A program made the position numbers and the translations under genes. A model generated the notes under the pieces. It did no database searches. It worked only from the letters and a program-made list of their open reading frames with translations, and was not told the origin of the DNA. Shown in pieces: positions 54,975 to 64,000 of a stretch of DNA of 64,000 nucleotides. The stretch comes from the human T2T-CHM13v2.0 reference genome, Homo sapiens, in NCBI RefSeq assembly GCF_009914755.1, contig NC_060929.1; one strand, written 5' to 3'. Each line of letters begins with the position of its first letter. Within the stretch, counting starts at the first letter, position 1.

Positions 54975-56690
54975 AGCAGTAAGTGGTAGAGCTGGGAAAG
55001 CAAATGCATGTTCTCTCTGTGACTCTTCCAGTAGACAATGCCTGGGCTGACCATTGAACAATGATGGATGATAGGAGGTGAAGAACAATGAAAAACTGTA
55101 GGCCAAGACAACCCCACAGCCGTATAGACTGGATGCAGCCCAAAAAATGCTGACAGAACTGTGAGACTAAAGTGCTTATGAGAGAAGGCGGGTGGCAGGA
55201 GATGAGGTTGGAAAGGTGGTTTGGGATGACACTGGGAAGGTGATGACACAGGAAACATCCAGTGAAGGAAAATGCCCTTGTCAGTGAGATGATTAAAGCA
55301 GTTGAAAAATATGGGGCAAGGAAAGCCTACTTTGGTTAATGACCGGTTATTACTAAGCTGTATTGAAGCCCCACAGGGGGAGAATGAGAAGTGAGAGTTA
55401 ACAAACAGTTAAAGGCTAAGTGTGAGTTTAAATGGTTTACAAAAGGGCCCTTATCTCCTGCAGTGGTAGAACAATCAGAGCTGAGGAGCAAAATTAAGGT
55501 CTGAGAGATGAGGTTGCCTAACTCCAGAGATACTTAAATGCTCAGCCAAAGCAGGTCTATTTGTTAAGGTAAGGGCTGAGGTTGGGAAAACCTGGTTTCT
55601 GAAACGAAATGAGGACATCTAGGAAATGCTTCTGTAAGTTTTACCTCTGCAGAGGCCCCTGAAACCTCTGAGATTAGAGAGGGGGGCCTACCTCTCCAGA
55701 GGAAGAGCTAGCAGCCTCAGAGGAAAGATACTGCAAAGGTCTTTCCCCCATAAAGTAATAGGTACCCTCTTCAGGGGTTAATTCTGCCTACATCCTGGCT
55801 GTCAGGATAACATAATCCAGCTGAGGACACGCTGAACCTGAAAATGAAGGAAAGAGATATCTGCTGAAGGAGTTGCAAAAATTAACCAACATGTGTATAC
55901 AAGAGCTGGGAAAATACCCTTGGGAGTGCATTTCAAGAGTGCTTGATAAAGGGAGTTATTATAGAACATAAAACTGGATAAGTAGAAATTCAGTAATTTG
56001 TGTCACTTCCTCAGGACATGAGATTCACCACCCTGGCAAGGACTCAAAAGAATAGGACAAACTTTTAGCTAGGGTGGCTCTTAGAAGCCTGGAAAAAATA
56101 ATACCCTATGCTAGGCAAAATGGAAATGACTGAGTTGCCCTGTGCATGATGGAGGAGGGAGTAATAAAGCTGTAGAAAGTGGGATACTGGAGTGGGTATA
56201 GTATACGAAACCAGAAGACTTACCACAGGATGATATTCCATGGAGAGGCCCAGAGAATATGCCATTCACTATGACAATCAGGAATGTACTGGTGAGAGGG
56301 GCAGCAGCAATGCTCGAATATTCAGTGGTGGCCTCCTCTGCAGGCCAGGGACGATGGTAAGAGAGGCGTTCATAGAGCTAGACTCAAAATGAAGAAGTGA
56401 ACAAATAGAGCCAAGAAGTGGTGCTTAGCCACTAAAAGCCAGAAGCCCACAATTATTGTATTGACCAACAAGGACCAAGGGGCAGTCAAGGATGCTTGAC
56501 TCCAGGGAGTTGTGGAGAAAATTAATAGAGCATGGCATCCCATGGGGCAAAATTGGCCAGTGCTGCTTAAAATCTGCAGCCAGAAGCAAGACCAGAGGGC
56601 AGAAGTAAACTGCACAGGCAGGTGGTTTAGAACTTCATCACAGGTGCTCCAGGATCCCTCTCCCAGATCGCATGGATGCCTATATGTGCA
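54975..56690 (+). mobile_element. ERVL-class internal region (ERV3-16A3-like) with decayed gag
   Basis: 55861: LLKELQKLTNMCIQELGKYPWECISRVLDKG; 56072: GWLLEAWKK*YPMLGKMEMTELPC, both resembling ERVL gag; stops and frameshifts. Confidence 0.75.
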
Positions 56691-56699
56691 GCCTCTTAG

Positions 56700-57393
56700 G
56701 ACCAGCTGTGCCTTCTACAAAACACAAAACACAAGACATGAACATGTCTCCATGTTATTTGCCACTTTATAACAAGGATTGCCTTTCCTCCGTTGTTCAA
56801 TAGCATGTTCCTTTTTTCCACCTGAGACTTCATCAGAATGGGCTTTACTGTCCATATTTCTAACAACATTCTGTTCATGACCACTTAGATCAATCTTCTC
56901 TGAGAAGATTGAGGCCTTCCCTGCAGCTTTCCTCTCTTTCTGAGCCATCATCAGAATTGCCTTTAAATATCTGCTCATTGAAATGTAGGCTTTGTCTAGC
57001 ACACATCTCAAAACTCTTCCAGCCTCTACCCAGTATCCAATTCCAAAGCCACTTCCACATTTTTAGGTATTTATTACAACACACTCACTTCTCAGTGCCA
57101 GTTTTCTCCCTCAGTCTGTTTGGGCTTCTATAACAAAATACCATAGGCTGGGTGGCTTCTCAACAACAGAAAGTTATTTCTCACAGTTCTGACGGCTGGG
57201 AGTCCAAGATCAAGCCTCCAGCAAATTTGGTGTCTGGCAAGCCCACTTTTTGGCACATAGATGGCTCTCGTTTCAGTGTGTCCCCACATGGCAGAGAGGC
57301 AAGGGAATTCTCCAGAGTCTCTTTTATAAGAGCATGAAGCCTATAGGATTTCAACATAGGCACTTAGGGCAGACAAACATTCATTCTATAGCA
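56700..57393 (-). mobile_element. MLT1A-type LTR (57107-57393) plus internal segment (56700-57106)
   Basis: ctataacaaaataccataggctgggtggctt...ttctcacagttctg; internal ccacttccacatttttaggtatt. Confidence 0.82.
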
Positions 57394-57394
57394 A

Positions 57395-57652
57395 CAGTAA
57401 CAGGCAACTTTTGCTCCAGGATGCTCTATCAGCACATGTGAGATTTTCTTAAAGCTGAACTGTGGCCTGTGGCCCTTCCCATCCAACCCTTCCTTCCTTC
57501 TCTCTCTTCACAGGTACCCCACCTGCACTGTGATCTAAGGGCTCTCCTTGCCTACTCCAGTTCCTTTATTCTTCACAGGCATTTCCCTCTATAAATCTCT
57601 TACACATCTAATTCTGCTTTGGGAACTGTTTCTCAAAGGATCAGAACTGACA
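57395..57652 (+). mobile_element. LTR16-type ERVL LTR 3' part
   Basis: cttcacaggcatttccctctataaatctcttacacatctaattc...gaactgaca. Confidence 0.72.
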
Positions 57653-58092
57653 CCCCACTATATTTTATGTTCCATGAAGACAGAAATTATGTCTGCTTTG
57701 TTCACCACTGTATCCTCAGTGCCTAGTTCCATTCCTAGAAATTGAATTCATCAATGCACTCATTGTTAATCATAGCAGCACCAATAACATAGTTGGAATG
57801 AAACCCATACGGGATGGAAATGAAGATTGTCCAGGACACTCAAGAATGCTGACAGTGAAAGAGGAAAAAGATTGAGAGTTGAAGATGGCTAGAGAAGAAA
57901 GCAGGGTTGATGGGAACTCTTTTTGGATTGGCTGAGCTTGGCTACATTTATAAGCTGAGGAGAAATCAATGAAGAAGAAAAGATCAAACACTGATTAGAG
58001 AACAGATAAAATCAAAGAAATGAAGAACAGAGCTAGGATGGGAGCCAGGGAGGAGGTGAGAAGTTGAACACCTGCCTTTAGGTTTCCATTTT

Positions 58093-58391
58093 TCTTTTCT
58101 TTTTTTTTTTTCTTTTTTTTTTTGAGACAGAGTCTCGCTCTGTCACCCAGGCTGGAGTGCAGTGATGCGATCTCGGCTCACTGCAACCTCCGTCTCCTGG
58201 GTTCAAGCAATTCTCTGCCTCAGCCTCACGAGTAGCTGGGATTACAGGCGCCTACCACCACGCCCAGCTAATTTTTGTATTTTTAGTAGAGAGGGGGTGG
58301 CCAGGCTGGTCTCGAACTCCTGACCTCGTGATCCACCCGCCTTGGCCTCCCAAAGTGCTGGGATTACAGTCGTGAGCTACCGCGCCCGGCC
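58093..58391 (-). mobile_element. AluS (Sg group) in an antisense L2
   Basis: cctgacctcgtgatcc; TSD aggt(t/c)tccatttt. Confidence 0.93.
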
Positions 58392-58799
58392 AGGTCTCCA
58401 TTTTCCTAGTGTCACAAGAGGCAAGATCTGCTGAGAAAGAGATGGAGAGTGAGGATAGAAGAAATCTAGAGGGGTGTGAGTGAAATTGCCCCTGATGGTG
58501 AGTGAACTCAGTAGCATGCTGAGCCATCTGTAAGGCTGAGGTGGGGCTCCTCTGATGCTGGAACCACACATCTGCAATTCCAGACATGGAGTTTTCTCTA
58601 ACATCCCTTAGGGGCCCCTTGGCAGAACTGGACAAGTACTGAGGTGCAGGGTAGGGGAATGGCAGGCTCTGAGGGGGATCTGGGATGGAAAGATAGCGAA
58701 TGAGAAGAGGGTGCTGTTAACTTATTCTACACAGAGATTAATCAAGGTCAGGACTGGAGAAAAAGACCCATCTATCCCAGTTAAAGAAATAATAAACTG

Positions 58800-58920
58800 A
58801 CCACTTACTCCTGCATCCTGTCTAATTCTCCCACATGAAAGTATTTTTCTGCCCACTTTGCAGATGAGGTGATGGAGGCTCAGAGAGGTTTAAGGAACAT
58901 GCTCAAGTTCCCTTAACTTA
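58800..58920 (-). mobile_element. MIR
   Basis: cccactttgcagatgaggtgatggaggctcagagaggtt. Confidence 0.75.
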
Positions 58921-61263
58921 GCTTTTTTTTCAACTACAAAAGAAACTTATTTTCACTTTTTAAGATAAATGATCTTTGCATGTGAAGAAATTATTTATGA
59001 TTATATATGTATTCATATATTTACTTCCACAGATATATGATGAAAGTTTAACATAAGGAGCCATAACTAACTTCAGAATAAAAAGATCTCTTTATTTTAA
59101 TGGGATGTTATACTTCGCTGTGTCTGATATAGATAATTATATGCCTTGCTGGGATTTAGCTTTCATTTTAGTATTGGATATATTTGTGGAGAAATATGAA
59201 ATATTATGTTGCCCCACATACATACCTATTTAATTTGGTGGGATGATTTTGGAGAGAGGTCTGAAAATTTTAGTCACCTCATTTTTTGTATATTGGGAAA
59301 CTCTTCCAAGGTTTGGAATGGGGGTGGGTGTGCTGCAGGATGGCTTAAATCACATCTAAATATTATTTTATACTTTCTTTTGAGAATGAATACTTATTTA
59401 AGATTTTATACTTATTCTTAGGAATATGCAAGATTAAAGGCTATGACTTATATTGTCCTAATCTTAAATCATTAAATAAATTAATAGTAACTGCATTGAC
59501 TTTTTAGGAACTAATAAGAAAGTATTTGACTTGAATTCCATTTCTTCCCTTTTAACAAACTTCAGGGCTATGTTTTATATATAAGTAAAAGATGGTTTTT
59601 ATTAAGCAGATAGAGACAGCTTTGTAGGGTATGCCCATCTTTACAATGTGTGTGATGAGGACACTATATTTTTATGGTTGGCAATATGTGGATTTCAAAT
59701 TTCTTAATCTGCACTTATTAAATGGATTTATGGTTCTGACTGTTGTTCTCCTCACATGTTAACTGTAACATATCAGAGATATTAGCTAGGTCAAAGAGAT
59801 TTTTCTTACAAGGAACAGAGAAAATTGCCCTATGTCCAAAATGGACTCTGACAAGAATTTTAAGAAGTTTTGCAAATGAGATTGCTCCTGGAAACTTCTT
59901 CACTCATGATGAAGCCCCTCATTCATTACCTGATAAAGATAATTTGAGTCAAGTAAAGGGTGAAGTTCAAAATGAAAGCAATAAAGGATTATTTTCAAAT
60001 CTGATGATAATATGTCCCCATAAGCATTCTAGTGAATGTAGATTTATGGACATATGTGACTTTGCAACATGTTTTAAAATTATAGTGGATTCCCTGCAGT
60101 GCCATCTTTGACAGCTGGTCCCATGCAAATGTGAGGCTGGACTATTAACCACACAACATCACAGATGAATATGAGAAGCATGTTTCAGGCTGTCATTCAT
60201 TTTTATTTTTTAAGACATTAACTACAAGAAATGTGAAAAGATTCATTATATGCAGAAGAAGAAATGGAACTGCTTTCATGATTTTTTTCCTATTGAGGCT
60301 GAAAGAAGTAGTTCACTGAATTGTGTGTAAAGAATAAGCACTTATTTGAGGAGGAATTTTGTTAAAATAATATTTTTAAAATCCAAAATGAATAAAATCT
60401 GCCAAAATTTTGTGAATTGTTAAAACAAAAAAAAAACCAGTTCACTAGAAGTGTCAGAAAGAATCTGTTCTGCAAGTTGATTCTGAATCAGTGTTAATGT
60501 GGTAAGATCCTCACTTATTATAAGTAAAATCCAATATACGGTGGGTTTATGATTCCATTTCTTTGGTAAGTGGGTAGGTCAGAGCTTAGGATACATCTTG
60601 CTAAAGAAAAAGCACTGCTACAGAATTGATGTGGGCGAGACCCATATCACAGTAAGAGTTTTAGATGCCTAATACTGCAAGGCTGTCCATTTTATAAGTG
60701 AGAATGGAGGCTCACAGGGAATCCATATGGAACTACCGTCAGCACCAACAGAATCAGTCTGTACTCTGTGTCCTGTGAGGGAAACCATGGGATTCCAAGA
60801 GGAAAGACGTGAAGCACAGAGACATTTCTCCAACTCTTGGCCACAGAGCAGAAAGCCCAGTGAACTGCTGAATTAAAGAATGCCATTTGCATATGCACAG
60901 CTCTCTTTTTCAAACCTCAGTGCCTCTAACACCTCCCAGTCTTCCTCCCAGAAAACTGGAGCTGTTTCTTGCCCCCGGCTGGGACCTGGTTTCCCCCATG
61001 GTCTGGCCAGGACTGAAATAGTATCACTTGCCCATAGGTGCCGGTACACAGAACTGCAGAGAGTGATCAGAAACAGAACCCAACCTGCCTTTAGTCTAAA
61101 GGGGCATGGCAGAGAGTGATGATCAGGATTTGGGACAGTGGGACCAAAAGTGAGAGCAGGAGAGCTTTACAGAGGATTTCCAAGCAAGGGAGATAGTTCT
61201 CAGCAGCCTGGTGGTCATGGGTGGACATAGAGGAGAAAAAGAATCTAACTGAAAAACAAGTAA

Positions 61264-61363
61264 TTTCTTCTCCTCCTCCTCCTCCTCTCCCTCTTCCTCC
61301 TTCACTTCCTCATCCTCCTCTTCCTCCTTCACTTCCTCCTCCTCCTCCTCCTCCTTCTTTCTT
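61264..61363. repeat. (CCT)n-rich polypyrimidine tract
   Basis: About 100 bp, almost all C/T. Confidence 0.95.
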
Positions 61364-61372
61364 ATATGCTCT

Positions 61373-61808
61373 TGTGGTGGTTTTAAAACACGTCCACAAA
61401 TTCTTTCACACTTCTCCCACCAAGAGGTAAAGTCCATGGCCCCTCCTCTTGAAACTGAGTGGATCTTCGTGACTGCCTCAATGAATAGAGTACACTGGAA
61501 GTGACACTGAGTCCCTTATTGGCTAGGCTAGAAAAGACCAGGCAGCCTTGGCTGGTGCCCCTGGGATACTCACTCTACTCACTCTGGGAGCCTTTGGCCA
61601 CTCAGTAAGAAGTCCAGCTGCCCTGAGGTTTCCTTGAGACCATGTTGGGGGGCAACATAGAGGGAGAGATACCCAAGGAACTCAACTGTTCCAGCCCTAG
61701 CTGCTGGAGTCTCCCCAGTACAACTACCAGCTATAAATGGTGGAAGGGCCTTCAAGATGACCCCAGGCCCAGCTACCTTTCATGGCATAGCAATAGATAA
61801 CTTGAACA
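61373..61808 (+). mobile_element. MLT1G-type LTR
   Basis: tgtggtggttttaaaacacgtccacaaattcttt start; gcaatagataacttgaaca end. Confidence 0.82.
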
Positions 61809-61918
61809 GAACAGCTCTCCGTAATAGGGGCTTTCATCTTTCTTTTCTCAAAAGGGCAGGTATCCTGGAGGTCTGAAGCTGTCTTTGCTCAGAAGGTTAA
61901 GTCTTTGTTTTCGAAAGT

Positions 61919-61996
61919 TTCTGTCCCTCTCTCTGTGTCTCTATCTTTCTGTGTCTCTGTCTCTCTGTCTCTCTCTCTCTCTCCCTCCCTCTCTCT
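61919..61996. repeat. (CT)n-rich simple repeat
   Basis: ctctctgtgtctct...ctctctct. Confidence 0.9.
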
Positions 61997-64000
61997 AACC
62001 GCAGGATTGTGTGGATAGGGAGGGCTCTGTTGATTGAAAGAGAGGAGAGAACCCAGTTCTAAGTATGGACGCTTTCCAGAGCCTAGAAGAAGTAAAGGGG
62101 TGGTAGGTTCTTGTAGTTGACACTTGTGCCCTCCCCTACACAGAAACTCAGAAGGATGTCTGATGGGACTGGTGCAAGAATGCCTGTTTGCTGAGCACAG
62201 AATGCCTCAGTCTTTAGAGCCTCCTCAGAGGACCCAGTGGCTGACTTCGGTGCAGAGGGGCAGGTGCCACAATCAGCAGAGTGCCATGTAATAAGTACAA
62301 ATAATGAGGATCTCAGTGCAACTATGATGAGCTCATACCAGGCTCTCCTCCCCAAGGTTTTTGGATAGCACAAGCTGCTTGGGACCCTTACATAACACTA
62401 GAGAAGAGGAAGAACTCCTAAACATGACTGATACTGAATTTTCCATTGTAATTTTTAATTAAGAAAAATACCCTTTATTGTCCCAAAGATTTATTAAATC
62501 AATCTCACCTGATAATATACATACATTTGTGAATGGTGAGATTACCTTAACCATCCCAAAGGTGTTTACTATCTTCATATGAGGTTTTGGTATTAATAAA
62601 TCAAATGATTTCTTATTGATGAAAATTTTAGGCAATGTAAAAAATAGAAATTTTTAGAGTAATTAAGTCATGAGAAGGTGCTTTTGGGGCTTTGGGGGAA
62701 TCCATTAAGCTGCCCTTGCTCTTGAGAGCATCCCCATTTCTTCACTTCTGAAATGACAAGATCTTTCAAAGCCCCAACATGGCTTGAGTGTTTGAAAGCT
62801 CTAGGATGATTTTTATTTGTTCTCTCTGATAGAAATGTCAAATGCAGGAGTTTGTGTGACACAAAATGTTTAGGCACACATAGCTGTTGCCATGAACAAA
62901 ATCTTCTGTATACAAAGGAAGTATTCTGAACTGTTTCCATTTTAGTTTCCAGTAGCCTTTAAAATAACCAAATAAGATCAATCATTAGGGCTTAATGACC
63001 CAGAAACTAATGCTGGAAACATTTACTCTTTAATGATGTCTCCTCTTCCTTCCTTGGCCTCCCTAACTAACATAAATTCATCATTTGTCTGTGTCTATGA
63101 AGTAAGATCAGATTGACTGGGGGTCTCTTCTCAATATTTTTTTTTTACCTTAACCATGTACTGCAGTTGATCAGAGCAATTAACAGTGATCCAATCCAGA
63201 CAGAAAGTTATTTTAAATAACCTGACAACCAATCTGAATTCCAACTCTATGAAGGAAACTTGGCCAAAATGTGTTTAGTGTGTTCAAACATAGGCACTAT
63301 TCAAAATCAAAGCAGAAAAAAAATGAAACTCTGTTAAAAGTGGCTCAAGATGAAGGCATTGCAATTCCCATCTTGAGGGCGGCTGATGAGTTCTTTTCAA
63401 GGTGAGGTGTGCCCTAGCATGCAGAGAGGACAGAAAGGGATAAAAGGAACAAATAAGCAAACAGAATGTGCTCTCAGAACTCCCAGCTTGATTTCCTCAA
63501 AGAAAAAGTAGAAATAGATCAAATCAAAGCATTCTTTAAAGATGCTGAGGTGGCTTTAACTGACTAAAATGTAGCTTTAAAAAAATCAGTATCCTAAATG
63601 CCAGGTGATTAATAAAGGTCAAGCAGGCAACTTCCGGACTTTATCAGTATAAGCTTAGTCGTGTGCCTTTATTAGGAAATGATCAATACCTTCCTACTTA
63701 GCAATATTTTAGGGAATATTTTCCTATAATAGGTAAGGTTTTTAAAATATGAAGACAAAAGTGTAGTATAGTTACTTTGTTTTTCTGGTAGAGCTAAGGA
63801 AGTAAATGAACCTCACAATAGTCAGTTTATGCACCCAAGTGAGATTAATTGCTTTACTTACACCATTACATTATTACACAATTCTTGTTATGTGGGGTTT
63901 TAAAAGTCTTCACTGTTTAAGCTGTTTTCATTTTAGTTATTCTGTTATTTACAACTGAAAGAGAAAACTGGAGAGGTCTTTGTGAATCTCTACCATATTT

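Noticed and set aside
59743-60111. 122-aa ORF in unique sequence
   Set aside because: Non-ATG start, no recognisable homology or convincing exon boundaries
61123-61437. Poly-Glu (minus) and poly-Pro (plus) ORFs
   Set aside because: Translations of the (CCT)n tract adjoining MLT1G

Overview
Primate, most likely human-like, nuclear genomic DNA (AluY/AluS/AluJ, L1PB/L1MA/L1MC, MaLR and ERV1 LTRs). It is CpG-depleted, with no CpG island and no recognisable protein-coding gene, RNA gene or CRISPR array, so it reads as intergenic or deep intronic sequence. Roughly half or more of it is interspersed repeats. The longer ORFs in the track mostly come from Alu, L1, L2, MST-int or simple repeats, and the rest look like chance ORFs. 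The most informative structures are: (i) a five-level nested insertion at 0.5-4.5 kb with target-site duplications (TSDs) readable at every level; (ii) a full-length MSTA-type MaLR element; (iii) a decayed ERVL gag with LTR16; (iv) a HAL1/ORF1-only L1 relic; (v) anomalous Alu insertions, including a double tail and an Alu-L1 chimera next to a possible retroposed 3'UTR; and (vi) repeat-free, motif-dense blocks that may be enhancers. I found no convincing new biological system. Repeat subfamily names come from recalled consensus sequences and need RepeatMasker/Dfam confirmation, and boundaries of old repeats are approximate.
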